Below, piece by piece: positions 20,135-31,499 of a DNA stretch of 64,000 nucleotides. The notes under the pieces are model-generated. The model saw only the letters and a list, made by a program, of their open reading frames with translations, was not told the DNA's origin and did not search any database. Position numbers and translations under genes: made by a program. The stretch comes from a virus (taxonomy: Duplodnaviria > Caudoviricetes). The stretch's first letter is position 1. Every line of letters begins with the position of its first letter. The stretch lies in the IMG/VR virus record IMGVR_UViG_3300023047_000002, one strand, 5' to 3'.

Positions 20135-20578
20135 TCACTTGAGATATGAAGGTTTATCAGGCCACACGATGTTCTCAGGGAAACCTTCCTGCTGTGTTAT
20201 ATCACGCAATGCCTGACGATACGACCTTAGAGCTTCACGGTCACTTTCAGATATTGGGTAGTCAGGTTGCATGAGATAATCCGTATCCGAAAGAAGTTTA
20301 TTACGTTTCGATCGTACCTCTGATGAAACATCCTGAATACGATTCTTGTTTATAGCATCAATGTCAGGCTCTGCGATCCGTATCCTGTTTGACTTAAACA
20401 GACTTAACAGCTCATTGTGGATAAGCGAATCATCCTTCACATAAGGACGAAACGTGTACGGGACCATTAATCTTGGATTTGAAAAAAGACGCAGTGTCAC
20501 ATCAAGAACTGTCTTGCCTTCATCAATCCAATGTGCATCCGAAAGGGAAAGAATTTCATTCATGTGTAAATTCTCCAT
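20135..20578 (-). CDS. Tail fibre assembly chaperone
   Basis: RSKRNKLLSDTDY...YRQALRDITQQEGFP..IVWPDKP signature; follows a fibre gene. Confidence 0.88.
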   Translation of the reverse strand: MENLHMNEILSLSDAHWIDEGKTVLDVTLRLFSNPRLMVPYTFRPYVKDDSLIHNELLSLFKSNRIRIAEPDIDAINKNRIQDVSSEVRSKRNKLLSDTDYLMQPDYPISESDREALRSYRQALRDITQQEGFPENIVWPDKPSYLK

Positions 20579-20593
20579 AAAACAAGACTTATG

Positions 20594-23500
20594 TTAATAA
20601 ACACGTACAGCCAGTACAAGGTAATACCCACTACTGCTTCCCTCTCCACCAGATGAGTAACGGTTCAAAATCGCCCACGTACCCGAATAGACACCTGATG
20701 ATGAAGAATTGCTATAAAACGAAGAATCATACTGAGAATACTTGTAAAAATCACAAGGGTACAACGAGGAACCCGACACGAGGTCTCCTGCGTAATATGT
20801 GTTTCCAGAACTACCATAACTGGCATCACCCATGGATCCTTCCATATAAATGAAAAACAGACCTATGCTTCCAACTGACCCATAGGAAGTATACTTTGTC
20901 AATGCCTGATACGTGGACGAACATCCAGAAGCTCCGATACCACGTAATGCATTAGCTACGATCCCTGAAAGTCCTACTGCGTTGATCACTGCTCCATCAG
21001 CATCCTTAATGCATAACGAAGCCTCACTTTGAGTTCCTGTTGTAGCATTTCCAGTGTAAGACCGGATATCCAAGGACGGATTACCAGACCCTGATGCGTT
21101 CAATTGACCGTTAATAGTGACGCCTTCATCGGTGACAACAAGTGCATTTGGGTTTCCAGCTGTTCCGACAACCACACGACCGTGAACGGTCTGTTCTGTT
21201 GTTACGAACTCATTACTCACATTCTGGACGTTAGCTATAATAACTTCTGCGTCATCAGCACGAAGGACAACATCTTTAAGAGAAAGTGGAGCAGTTGAAA
21301 CTTCCCACTCTGTGTTCACTGGTGTTCCAATGTAAAATCCATTTGAGTAAACGTATCTCAAGTTATCCGTTGCAGAAGTAGATTTTGCGTCGGGTGCGGC
21401 ACTCACATACCGTTCAAATGACCAAATTCCTCCGGAAACACTTGGTGGGTTTGAAGTTATAAACGATGTAAGAATAGAAGGCTTGAATTGTTCAAGAAAC
21501 ACATCAGGTTGGTAAACGCTGTTGGTTTGTGAGTACGATGAAGAAGAACTCTTGTAACCTACGCCATCAACGTAATGCATATAAACGGACTGATACTCGT
21601 ATGTAGAACGTACATTACTGACAGCACTTAATGACGTAAGAGATGCATAACGTGAAGAAATAGTACCATATCCGACATCAAACGTTATTGATTCCCACAT
21701 ACGGTAGAATTCTTCTGGCTCAAGAGGAACAAAAATAACACCCAGTTCAGTGGTTTCCGTCATTCCTGCATCTCCCATCATGGATCCTTCTGGATTCTCT
21801 GGGTCATAATCACCTACAGATGCAGTGACCGACACTTTTCTAAGTATGCAGAAAAACATGTTAGAGTTTCCACCCCATGGAAGCCCTGTGCTATTGTTCC
21901 ACGTTGAAGTGAAAAACACGAACCCCTGATACTCAGGATCCCAATACGACGAATTATAAGAGGTCTTTGTGTAAGACCCAAGGCGATACGATGTGCCGTT
22001 AATCGTTATAGAAAGTTCAGAGCTATCATCATACAGATAATTTGAAGTTGAGTAATTAAAGTACACAAGATGGTAGAATGTGCCTTCATATTCCATCCCA
22101 GAATCTTCGTCACCATAGTCATCACTTGATGTTGACTCTCTCGCAGTCGTAAATGAACCTCCGAATGAAACGGAACCTGTGTAAAGCATAGAGTCGTCAA
22201 CAGGAATCTTTGACAGTGGAGCGTCACTTACGTCGTAATTTCTAAACGTAGAGGTTCCTGAATAGTTGGCAATGTCAAACAGAGACCTTCGACTGTCTGT
22301 GTTAAAACCAACAATCATGTACCACCAAGCCACATAATTTGAATGCTGTCTTGTTCTGTATGCGAGATTGAACACACCTTGACTATATGTTGCAGACGCA
22401 TTTGTCATGTCGCTTCCTTCGACGGAATTACTTCCTGCACGCATCAACACCGGCAATGTGATTCCGCTTACGGTATTGCTTCCGTAATTCGTCATGATCT
22501 CTTCAATAGTATATGTGCTGATCTCTCCGTTAAAACGGAAGTACATCTCATCAGATCCATCCAAGGTTCCGATAGAATACGTATTACTCGACTGATCCGT
22601 ATAAGTCTCGCCAGTGTCATTCCACTGACTGGTGTATGTCCATCCGGCAGAGACGAGATCTGCATTGTCATCAGAAGCATTAAGATTGTGAATGTAATGC
22701 GGAACTCCTGTGACGGAACTGGACAGTGGGAACAGAGCGCCGATTTCCGTCTGTGAACGAGAAACCGAAACATCCTGCAAGGGATAATAATCAGACGAAG
22801 ACGATGAGCCTCCTCCGCTTCCTGATATCGAGCTCTCAAGTGCGTCAATTCTTGCTTCATTGATTAGTGACGCGTAGGTCACTTCCTGAATCTTTCCGTC
22901 CTTGTACCGTAATATTGGATGCTCATAATCAAGAAAGAAACCAGTGGGGTGGCTATTTCCATGTATACGACCTAAATAGATATACAACTTCCCATTGACA
23001 CTCGAAGGAATAGACATAGACCACCACTGTTCCGTGTCAAGGTAGAACTTTCCGTCTGTCTGATTAAAGGTACACACAAGGTATATAGGATTATTTGGAA
23101 TCCATGTGACACCCAGAGCAAAATGATCGTTTAGAGCGACACCCGTTGTTCGAAAAAGGTTGACCCGGTCAACACTATACCCAGAAGGTGCAGAAGTATT
23201 ACTTACAACAAACAGAAACGGATAGAATCCTTCTGTAATACAATACCTCTGAGTCACATGGTTAATTTGCGTGTTAAATGGTACCAAAGAGCAGTAATGT
23301 GCACCATCGATATCAATCGGAACACAGATCTGCCCCGGGAATATTCCAGTAGAAAATGCCAAAATATTGTACCCAACTGCGTTTACGTCATACTGAACAG
23401 GATCGACGTAGTATGAGTTTGCGAACCAACCGCTTACAGAACTTCCATTAATAACCTTGTTCTCACAGTACGTCAGCTGAACAACAGCACCTGCGTTAAA

Positions 23501-25324
23501 CATCTGACTCTTAGCCTCATTAGTTCCATTGAACTTAACAGGAATCTCACCTGTCAGCCCGCCTGAACCGTTACTCATACTCAAGTTGAGCGTGACAGCC
23601 TGTGCACTACTATATCTGTACGGAAGGTAATAGTTGATACACATTCCATCATACAGAGCTTCCTGCTTTGAAATGCCTGTCCACAGGTGAGTTGCAGATG
23701 AATGACTGCCAATAATGAACTCTTGACCGTGTTCAAACGAATACTGCTGCAATGTCACCTCTGCTGTGTCGATGTGCTTACGTAACGTACAATGGCATGT
23801 GTATCCAAGATATGAAGAAGAGGTGCCTCCAAGTTCGAGCAACTCAAGGAAATCATAATCAGATGGAAAAGAAGGGTCACTCGCACTGACGGAACCACCA
23901 TCAACTTTAAACAGATTGCCGGTAAAGAACGTATCATTTACAGCAGATCCAAACAGAACAAACAGACCAACATCAGGACTGGAAATGTAGATGCCAAGAT
24001 TCTCAATGTCAGAGGAGGTAAGTGCCTGTTCAGATTCATGCAGAGAACCTGTGTTGTATTTATGGAAAATACCGACATATACGTTATTTTTCAGATAATC
24101 CTGAAACAGAAAGTCAGGATCTTCATTTCCAATGATAGAGTTTAAGAATTCACCAAGAGTTGTCGTGTTGCCACCTGTATAAGCACTTTGTGTTTCAGGG
24201 TTAAACAACTCAACCGAAAGCATGTCGCTCGTAAGTCGGAGCTCCATATTTGTCTTATATGTACCAGAGACAGGTAAGATGTAAAAATTTCCTGAATCGT
24301 ATATAAGTTCTAAACGACAGTGTTCGTTGACTACCTGATAAGTGCCATCGTCAGAGATGTACACCTTTTTTTCGGATGGTATGTGCAGATCAATACTTCG
24401 GTCAAACCTTGCATTGTCAATACTGCTTGTATCTAAATGCAACAACGTCTTGACATCACCTCCTGAACTTGTACTGTCTCTATGTTTAAACTGAATACCC
24501 CACTTGTCAACCTCGATACTTGCATACTCACCCGAATTGTTCCGATCCCTCGCAAGCAGCCTGAGTGTATTTCGTGCCCCACCAGTTGCTGCAAGGTCGT
24601 TCATAAGATAAGCATCCGTATTTCCAAGTGAAAGGTAGCCTTCTGGATGTAACGCAGACACACGGTTCTCGCCATACATTGTTCCGCTTCTAACGCTTAC
24701 TCCATTTGCTGATATGCTCGATGTTGAGTCCGAACCACTCAAGGTAAATGTCTTTAGAGAAGAGATTGTCTGATTCGTACCTACAGTCACATATCCAGAC
24801 AAGTCAGGACTGTCTATGTCACCGACAAGCATATCAACCTCATCTTTCGTGTAATAATTATCGTGCAACAACCCCTGAACAACGGAACCGTCGAAATCAG
24901 CACGTACAGTGAAAACGTCCTTCGTCTCCTCAATGTTGATCGTAAACTTAAGCCTCTCATCAGCGATGATTACCTCATCAGAAACACACCCGCACAAACA
25001 AACATCATGCGATGAACTGTTCACCGTAAGCGACACACAAACTAAGACAGTATACCCTTGATGCGGTGTGCCTGAAGTAACCTCTTCACCATGTACAGCC
25101 ATGTTTACTTCCTGGCTTACAGAATGAAGACAAGAAAGCTCTTTTACTGATTCACTAGGCAATGACGAAAGAAAACTTGACGCAACAGTCTCACGGATCT
25201 GAACCGCTGTGAGTTTCTGAGACAGAAGAAAACAACGAACCTCACTCATTTCGAAGGTCCGTGACTTAAGAGATGGGAGATAAGTCAAGCACTCGTTCGT
25301 AAGAACACATACGTCAAAAGCCAT
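20594..25324 (-). CDS. Long tail fibre / receptor-binding protein, paralog family B
   Basis: N-terminal domain (EET...ADFDG..VQG) shared with the next two genes; C-terminal VGSIGLF...AGDLVSGSSL...GTWA...LAVRVY fibre-tip motif; chaperone downstream. Confidence 0.8.
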   Translation of the reverse strand: MAFDVCVLTNECLTYLPSLKSRTFEMSEVRCFLLSQKLTAVQIRETVASSFLSSLPSESVKELSCLHSVSQEVNMAVHGEEVTSGTPHQGYTVLVCVSLTVNSSSHDVCLCGCVSDEVIIADERLKFTINIEETKDVFTVRADFDGSVVQGLLHDNYYTKDEVDMLVGDIDSPDLSGYVTVGTNQTISSLKTFTLSGSDSTSSISANGVSVRSGTMYGENRVSALHPEGYLSLGNTDAYLMNDLAATGGARNTLRLLARDRNNSGEYASIEVDKWGIQFKHRDSTSSGGDVKTLLHLDTSSIDNARFDRSIDLHIPSEKKVYISDDGTYQVVNEHCRLELIYDSGNFYILPVSGTYKTNMELRLTSDMLSVELFNPETQSAYTGGNTTTLGEFLNSIIGNEDPDFLFQDYLKNNVYVGIFHKYNTGSLHESEQALTSSDIENLGIYISSPDVGLFVLFGSAVNDTFFTGNLFKVDGGSVSASDPSFPSDYDFLELLELGGTSSSYLGYTCHCTLRKHIDTAEVTLQQYSFEHGQEFIIGSHSSATHLWTGISKQEALYDGMCINYYLPYRYSSAQAVTLNLSMSNGSGGLTGEIPVKFNGTNEAKSQMFNAGAVVQLTYCENKVINGSSVSGWFANSYYVDPVQYDVNAVGYNILAFSTGIFPGQICVPIDIDGAHYCSLVPFNTQINHVTQRYCITEGFYPFLFVVSNTSAPSGYSVDRVNLFRTTGVALNDHFALGVTWIPNNPIYLVCTFNQTDGKFYLDTEQWWSMSIPSSVNGKLYIYLGRIHGNSHPTGFFLDYEHPILRYKDGKIQEVTYASLINEARIDALESSISGSGGGSSSSSDYYPLQDVSVSRSQTEIGALFPLSSSVTGVPHYIHNLNASDDNADLVSAGWTYTSQWNDTGETYTDQSSNTYSIGTLDGSDEMYFRFNGEISTYTIEEIMTNYGSNTVSGITLPVLMRAGSNSVEGSDMTNASATYSQGVFNLAYRTRQHSNYVAWWYMIVGFNTDSRRSLFDIANYSGTSTFRNYDVSDAPLSKIPVDDSMLYTGSVSFGGSFTTARESTSSDDYGDEDSGMEYEGTFYHLVYFNYSTSNYLYDDSSELSITINGTSYRLGSYTKTSYNSSYWDPEYQGFVFFTSTWNNSTGLPWGGNSNMFFCILRKVSVTASVGDYDPENPEGSMMGDAGMTETTELGVIFVPLEPEEFYRMWESITFDVGYGTISSRYASLTSLSAVSNVRSTYEYQSVYMHYVDGVGYKSSSSSYSQTNSVYQPDVFLEQFKPSILTSFITSNPPSVSGGIWSFERYVSAAPDAKSTSATDNLRYVYSNGFYIGTPVNTEWEVSTAPLSLKDVVLRADDAEVIIANVQNVSNEFVTTEQTVHGRVVVGTAGNPNALVVTDEGVTINGQLNASGSGNPSLDIRSYTGNATTGTQSEASLCIKDADGAVINAVGLSGIVANALRGIGASGCSSTYQALTKYTSYGSVGSIGLFFIYMEGSMGDASYGSSGNTYYAGDLVSGSSLYPCDFYKYSQYDSSFYSNSSSSGVYSGTWAILNRYSSGGEGSSSGYYLVLAVRVY

Positions 25325-25530
25325 AACAACCACCTATATGCTTTGAAAGCATATCGAAGAAACACACGGTTCATGAACCTGCAAGTGTATCACGGTATGC
25401 ATTGTAACTGTTTGGGAACACAAAGTAATTGATAGAAAATAAGGTATGAAGTAGCTTAAAATTTGTAAAAGCACCTACACACAAACCAAACTCATGCATA
25501 GGTGCTTGTGTAATCATTTACGTGTAATGA

Positions 25531-27030
25531 TTACGGCTCGGGCTCAGCCTGTGAAGACTGTTCAGGAGCATCAGTGCACAAACACAGAGCGAAACCGTAA
25601 GAAGGATCAGCCATACCGGAAACATCCATTGCGTTCAAAGTGCGGAACGAATGACCGGCAGCGATCTTACGTCCGGTTGCATAGAAGTCACCTGCGTTAT
25701 CGTTGAGCTTGGCAATGTAAGACACAGCCTGTTTATTCTGCGTAGCATCACCCCACGTAGGAGGAACCTGATCATCAACAGTACTGAAATCAGAAATGCC
25801 TACCTCACCAACGAAGTTAATGGCGAGCCATACCATGGCACCCTTACCGACGTAGACATCACCAGACTGAGGATTCGCATCATCAGGGGAGATAGACTTT
25901 GAACTGCTAACAGCATTGTCAGCGATCTGAATCGCCTGTGAAAGGGAGACAAGATTGTTTTCCTGACTGTCATTTCCAGAGATGGCAGTGATGTCAGTAC
26001 ACTTGTTCTCGTCAGCAGCGGTACCAAGACCTAGTCCAATCGTAACATCGGAGGAAGCATTAGCGGAGAATGACTTCGTTGATGTATCATTAGAGGCACT
26101 CTTTGAAATCCTCAAAAGAGCCTTGCCGACGAACTCATCAACTGCCTGTGACGTAGGAACATTATCATCACTGGAACCAGAAGAAGGAATCTCAGTGACT
26201 ACGCCCTTAGCAGCAACGGAACCGAGAACGATGTTCTCAGCAGACGCCTGATTCGTTGAGAAGTCACCAAGCAGATTGTCATTAGAGACAGAACCTGCAT
26301 AGATGGAGATCGTGGTGTCCTTCACATAACTTGCAACGGCTGCATTCGTAGGCAACATGCCCTGATGTGCTTCGTCGCTAATATCAACAGACGAAGACGT
26401 ATTGGCATCGGCTGCGGAACCGAGACCGAGAGAGAACGTCTTGTTGTCATCTGTTGGAGAGAAGACAACAGCATCAGAGGAAGCATTTTTCTGTAAGGTC
26501 AAAACGGCCTTGCCCAAACGCTGCTCCAAGATGCCCTGTGTAATGTTTCCGTCGAAATCGGCAACGGCCTTGAGAACGCCGTTTGTCTCCTCAACATCGA
26601 ACGTCATGTAGAGAGAATCGCCGTTCGATACACGTTCGTCGGAAACCGCACACAGGATAGGCTTGTTCGTTATTGCAACGACAAACAAATGACCAGAAGC
26701 CTCGACATTGTTGCCACGGGCAACGACATGAAGCTCTGAAAGGAAAGAAGCAATGGAATCCATTTTAATAGCTTTGTAGGACTCTCCGTCTGAATTCCAC
26801 ACCATTGCCTCGCCAGACCCAGAAGGCTGAGCGGAAATAGTAACGCTATCTCCGATCTTCTCAAGGGACATGGAAGCAAAGTTCACGGAAGGCTTAGCGT
26901 CGCCAGAACCGATATCTGGAGTAGCGAGCATGTAAACTTCAAGAGCACCTTGTGAAAGCTGAAGGGAACGACTCCTAATCTGAGCCAATAACTGTGATCC
27001 CTCTGAACACAATACTGTTCTGTCAAACAT
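25531..27030 (-). CDS. Short repeat-containing fibre, paralog family B
   Basis: About 3 LG.AA...PT..AV repeats; N- and C-terminal domains homologous to 27121-30381. Confidence 0.75.
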   Translation of the reverse strand: MFDRTVLCSEGSQLLAQIRSRSLQLSQGALEVYMLATPDIGSGDAKPSVNFASMSLEKIGDSVTISAQPSGSGEAMVWNSDGESYKAIKMDSIASFLSELHVVARGNNVEASGHLFVVAITNKPILCAVSDERVSNGDSLYMTFDVEETNGVLKAVADFDGNITQGILEQRLGKAVLTLQKNASSDAVVFSPTDDNKTFSLGLGSAADANTSSSVDISDEAHQGMLPTNAAVASYVKDTTISIYAGSVSNDNLLGDFSTNQASAENIVLGSVAAKGVVTEIPSSGSSDDNVPTSQAVDEFVGKALLRISKSASNDTSTKSFSANASSDVTIGLGLGTAADENKCTDITAISGNDSQENNLVSLSQAIQIADNAVSSSKSISPDDANPQSGDVYVGKGAMVWLAINFVGEVGISDFSTVDDQVPPTWGDATQNKQAVSYIAKLNDNAGDFYATGRKIAAGHSFRTLNAMDVSGMADPSYGFALCLCTDAPEQSSQAEPEP

Positions 27031-27120
27031 AAACACCTCTCATAAAAGTAAGTGCCCATTGAATGTGTTTGAAATGTAAGGTTCAATGGGCATATAAGTG
27101 AATCATCCTAAACGACTACG

Positions 27121-30100
27121 TTACGTTCCTGAACCTGCGTTATCGTCAGGAAGCCTTACACACAAGGCAAAACCGTAAGCCGGAACGGCCATACCAGAAG
27201 AATCCATGCAGTTCATAGTGCGGAATTTCTGACCTGCTTTAAGTTTCTGGTTTTCAAGTGCATAGAAATCACCAGCATTGTCACGGATCTGTGCCATATA
27301 CGCAATAACTTCTGCATTCGAACCGTTACCGGAGAGAATAGGAGTCCCGCCCACGCCATTACTAAACACCGTAGTGAAGTCCATAATTCCAACGTTACCG
27401 CTGAAATTAAGTGCTAACCACACCATGGCACCAACTGGAATCTCGATCCCATCACCTGTCTGTGTACCGATCGTCATCGGGGCATCAGACGGAGCGACTG
27501 TTTTTACTTCAGCTGCATTTGAAGCTAACGTCTTGGCCTGTCCCAATGTGATGAGACATGTATCCTGGTCAGTGACAGTGTCGATGGTGTCTGAACCGGA
27601 CAGGTAGACAACCTCACGGCTTGCGGCTTCACCGAACTTGATGATGTGGGAAATACCGTTTAACGTAAAGACACTTGGATTATTAGAACCTCCAAAATAA
27701 GAAGTTTGGTTTGGTCCCTTGGAAGGATCCGTATAGCACAGGGCAATCTGCTCGTTGCTAACGGACGTTACGTATCCCTTTCCCTCGACAAACGCACGGA
27801 CAGCTTCGGACGTTGGAAGATTGTCACCTGCAGTTGCCTGTGCAGTTCCGGCATTGGAAACTGTGATTGAAGAATCAACAGACTTGTCAGCAGCCGATCC
27901 TAAAGCAAGATCAACCGTCTGGTCTGAACTTGCATTTGCTGTAAATCCGGTGCTTATTGCCGATGTATCTGAAGTGTGCTTTTTAATCTTGAGCTCACCG
28001 TTTCCGATAGAACTAGACGCGGCATAACCCAAACCACTAATGTACGTAGCAACGGCCTTAGATGTAGGAACGGCTGCATCAGATGAAGACGTAAGGGTTG
28101 TTTCAGCATCTTTAGCGGCAGCTGTTCCCATGCCTAATGTAACATCAACGTCAGAACCCGACTGGTTTGCACTGAACGTAAAGTCGGCAGAACCTGAAGC
28201 AGACGCACCTTTATAGATCTTCAAGTTAGCCGTACCGACGGACGAAGACGTAATATAATTCTTCCCACTGACGTAACTCTTAACCGCATCCGATGTAGGA
28301 ACATCGCTTTGCGTGGATCCATCCGTAATGGAAGTGTTGACTGCCTTGAACGCAGCATCACCCAAACCTAAATTAAGCTCATCACCTGACGCCTGATTAA
28401 GTGTGAAACTGAAAGGACTTGACGTATCAGCACTGTTCTTCTTGATCGTGATCGTGCTGTTATTGACCGTAGGAAGCTGTCCTGTGGTTGCATAACCAAG
28501 ACCTGTGACGTAACTCTTGACTGCATCGGACGTAGGAAGGTTATCCGATGACGATGTTCCGATAGAAGAGTCAACGCCTTTCTGTGACGCGCCACCGAGA
28601 TTCAACGCCGTGATTGCATTGCTTATCGCAGTATCGGTCTGTGAAGACGTATAATAATTATTTGGATTGAAGATGTCCGACAAAGGAATTGAAATATCTT
28701 CCTTATCTGCATCTGTATTAAACGAAATGACGAGATTGCTGTTGCTTATCTCGACATTCGACACCATTCCATCCTTGATGAAAGCTGTGGCATCCAAAGA
28801 GAACAAAGCGTTTAAATCGGTGTCAGAGGAAGAATGTTTGAAATAAATCGTCTTGCTTGTCGAATTGTACGATGCATACTTAGGGACATCGTCGTCATCA
28901 GCAAGACCAGAGATGTCGCTTGATGTAATAAATCCAGAATCGTTAGTAAGATCCGATGTGCTATCAGGAACATTCGATGCAAGAGCAAACCCTTGTCCAG
29001 AAATATAAGACTTGACTGCATCTGACGTAGGAAGGTTGCTCGAAGAAGAATCTCCAATGGATGTATCGACTCCCTTTTCTGCGGCTGCTCCTAGACCAAG
29101 ATCAACCGTAGCGTCAGACGCCTGATTCAAAGTGAAAGTTGGAGGATTTATGTGCGAGCTGTTACGTCGGACTGTAACCGTGCTGTCCTTAACAGAAGAA
29201 GCTGTAGCGAAACCCTTACCACTAATGTAGCTCTTGACTGCATCAGACGATGGAACATCACCTTGAGTGGATCCGTCAGTAATAGCGGAATCGACTGATT
29301 TAAACGCAGCCGCACCTAGACCGAGATTAAGTTCAGAATCAGATGACTGATTCAGAGTAAAGCTGAAAGGATTCGACGTGTCAGCACTGTTTTTCTTAAT
29401 AGTGATCTGATTATTGTTTACAGTTGGGATATCGTTTGTGCCTTTGACCGCAAAGTTCTGGCTACTAATATATCCCTTAACTGCATCAGTCGTAGGAAGG
29501 TTACTTGAAGAAGAATCTCCAATGGATGTATCGACTCCTTTGTCAGCGGCATCACCATACCCAAGTACTATTGTCTTATTACTTGACTGATTCGTTGTGA
29601 AGAAATCAAACGCATTTTCATCTCCGCTGTGCTTCTTGAGAGAAATTGTCTTGTCCTGAACATACGCCTTAACTGCATTCGTCGTAGGTAGATTTGAAGA
29701 CTCGGCAACACCGATTGATGAGTCAACTGCTTTTGCTGCGGCAGCACCCAAATTGATGAAGCTGTTTGATGCCTGGTTCACCGTAAATGAACCCATCTCT
29801 GTTCCACCGGTTGCGATGTTGTTTGAAATACTTGCACCTGCATACACGGTCACTGTGCTGTCATTTGCAGCATCAGGAATGCTTGGCTTATTGCTCAAAT
29901 CATTGTAAGAACCAGTCTTTGCAACAGTGGCAAGGATCTCATCAAGAATACCTTGAGTAATATTCCCATCAAAGTCAGCCTTTGCATTCAAGACACCATT
30001 CGTCTCTTCAAAGTCGAACGTTATATGGAGCTTGTCATCAGGGACAAGATTTTCACTTGCGTAAGCACAAGCAAGACATTTGCCTCCGACAATAACTACA

Positions 30101-30381
30101 ACATGATGACCTTGAAAGTTTGTCGGATATTCATCAACTCCCCAGGCGATAACGTGAAGCTCAGAAAGCATCGAATGCTTGGAATTCAACGTTACTACCT
30201 CTTCTGAAGGCATGTGCTGAACATTACTCACATAAGTCAGGTCAGCGAGATTCTCTGGAAGAGTTGCAGTGTAGCGATAGATTTTTACAACGACTGACGA
30301 TTCTTGAAGTTGAAAGGTATGGTTTCTTAGACCTGTATAGATCTCAGAACCTTCCGAGCACAGAACAACACGATCAAACAT
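27121..30381 (-). CDS. Long repeat-containing fibre, paralog family B
   Basis: About 9 repeats of LGLGxAAxKxVDTSI...LPTSDAVKSY; GAMVWLA...NAGDFYA...YGFALC C-terminal domain. Confidence 0.8.
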   Translation of the reverse strand: MFDRVVLCSEGSEIYTGLRNHTFQLQESSVVVKIYRYTATLPENLADLTYVSNVQHMPSEEVVTLNSKHSMLSELHVIAWGVDEYPTNFQGHHVVVIVGGKCLACAYASENLVPDDKLHITFDFEETNGVLNAKADFDGNITQGILDEILATVAKTGSYNDLSNKPSIPDAANDSTVTVYAGASISNNIATGGTEMGSFTVNQASNSFINLGAAAAKAVDSSIGVAESSNLPTTNAVKAYVQDKTISLKKHSGDENAFDFFTTNQSSNKTIVLGYGDAADKGVDTSIGDSSSSNLPTTDAVKGYISSQNFAVKGTNDIPTVNNNQITIKKNSADTSNPFSFTLNQSSDSELNLGLGAAAFKSVDSAITDGSTQGDVPSSDAVKSYISGKGFATASSVKDSTVTVRRNSSHINPPTFTLNQASDATVDLGLGAAAEKGVDTSIGDSSSSNLPTSDAVKSYISGQGFALASNVPDSTSDLTNDSGFITSSDISGLADDDDVPKYASYNSTSKTIYFKHSSSDTDLNALFSLDATAFIKDGMVSNVEISNSNLVISFNTDADKEDISIPLSDIFNPNNYYTSSQTDTAISNAITALNLGGASQKGVDSSIGTSSSDNLPTSDAVKSYVTGLGYATTGQLPTVNNSTITIKKNSADTSSPFSFTLNQASGDELNLGLGDAAFKAVNTSITDGSTQSDVPTSDAVKSYVSGKNYITSSSVGTANLKIYKGASASGSADFTFSANQSGSDVDVTLGMGTAAAKDAETTLTSSSDAAVPTSKAVATYISGLGYAASSSIGNGELKIKKHTSDTSAISTGFTANASSDQTVDLALGSAADKSVDSSITVSNAGTAQATAGDNLPTSEAVRAFVEGKGYVTSVSNEQIALCYTDPSKGPNQTSYFGGSNNPSVFTLNGISHIIKFGEAASREVVYLSGSDTIDTVTDQDTCLITLGQAKTLASNAAEVKTVAPSDAPMTIGTQTGDGIEIPVGAMVWLALNFSGNVGIMDFTTVFSNGVGGTPILSGNGSNAEVIAYMAQIRDNAGDFYALENQKLKAGQKFRTMNCMDSSGMAVPAYGFALCVRLPDDNAGSGT

Positions 30382-30550
30382 AAGCACACCTCCAAAAGGA
30401 AAGCCGTTATGTCATACATGTGTTTAGTGCTTATACGTCTGAAGACGGCACTATAAATCTCAGAGCGGTGTAACAGTGAGCGAGGTTTGTAATGTCGAGT
30501 TTTACACAGTATAAGTACGAACACCATGCAAACACAACAAAGGGAGAAAA

Positions 30551-30835
30551 TTACAAATATCGTTTCCGCTCCCAAGTGGGGTCTATCATTTCGAGATCCT
30601 CCATACGAGCGGATATTTCATGTATTTCGTCAATGTACTGCTGTAATGCAGCTGAAGCAGCTTCACTCTCACCAGACTCTTCGGCACGGACAAGCTGTCT
30701 CTTTGTTGAAATAGTCTTGTTTATCACAGAATCCAATAAGGATGTCGCAAGTAAAATTTCATGTCCGTGATCAATAAATGTATCCAACAAACCCTCACGT
30801 TTTAAGGATTTTTTAGACTTTCGTTTTTTTAGCAT
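30551..30835 (-). CDS. Hypothetical protein, basic leader MLKKRKSKKSLKREG
   Basis: GGAG RBS. Confidence 0.6.
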   Translation of the reverse strand: MLKKRKSKKSLKREGLLDTFIDHGHEILLATSLLDSVINKTISTKRQLVRAEESGESEAASAALQQYIDEIHEISARMEDLEMIDPTWERKRYL

Positions 30836-30857
30836 GAAAACTCTCCATGATACAACA

Positions 30858-31499
30858 TTAGTTACCACGAACGAAAAAAGTTCCACCAGATACAATGTTA
30901 TACAAGTTACACCCGATGAAATTTCCGACCACCGTAAGAAGATAGACAACAAACAATTTGATACTGAACGTCAAACACGCAGAATAGTAAAAAGCATCTG
31001 CAATGCTGTGCCAATATCCGGACAATATAAATAATGGAATGCCGAGAAGCAAAACCATTAAGTTGCCATCATACTTTTGATTATTCTGATAAGAAGTTGT
31101 TCGCAGTGCAAAACGGACAACTGTAGTCATAACAAAGCCACAAAGAACTGAAGCAAGTACGGCACGTGGAACTCCGGATGACAAACGAGAAGACACAATC
31201 TTCTCAGCAGCCGTTGATACCTCTGGAAAGCAAAAATGAACACAAACCGCAAGAATGAACGCACCAACAATATTGCCTAACAGAACAACACAAAGTCTCT
31301 TAAGGTCATCAATAGTAGAACAGAACCCTGACTTTCCTGTGTACAACGGAACCCCGTACAGAACAACAGACAACAACCCAAACGAAAACAAGAATGCTCC
31401 GAGAACACCGCCAACCCTCAAATTGACAATACACCCAAGCGATATGAACAATCCTGCTAACACAGACTTACGAAACAAAGTAAAGATCGAATCAGTCAT
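30858..31499 (-). CDS. Formate/nitrite transporter (FNT) family channel
   Basis: SVLAGLFISLG, FSFGL, LYTG, LGNIVG, HSIAD and VGNFIG motifs; about 6 TM segments. Confidence 0.85.
   Translation of the reverse strand: MTDSIFTLFRKSVLAGLFISLGCIVNLRVGGVLGAFLFSFGLLSVVLYGVPLYTGKSGFCSTIDDLKRLCVVLLGNIVGAFILAVCVHFCFPEVSTAAEKIVSSRLSSGVPRAVLASVLCGFVMTTVVRFALRTTSYQNNQKYDGNLMVLLLGIPLFILSGYWHSIADAFYYSACLTFSIKLFVVYLLTVVGNFIGCNLYNIVSGGTFFVRGN

Noticed and set aside
20594..30381. Diversity-generating retroelement or invertase shufflon acting on fibres
   Set aside because: No reverse transcriptase or invertase in the window, no adenine-specific template/variable pair seen, and all cassettes are on one strand. 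A system encoded outside the window cannot be excluded.
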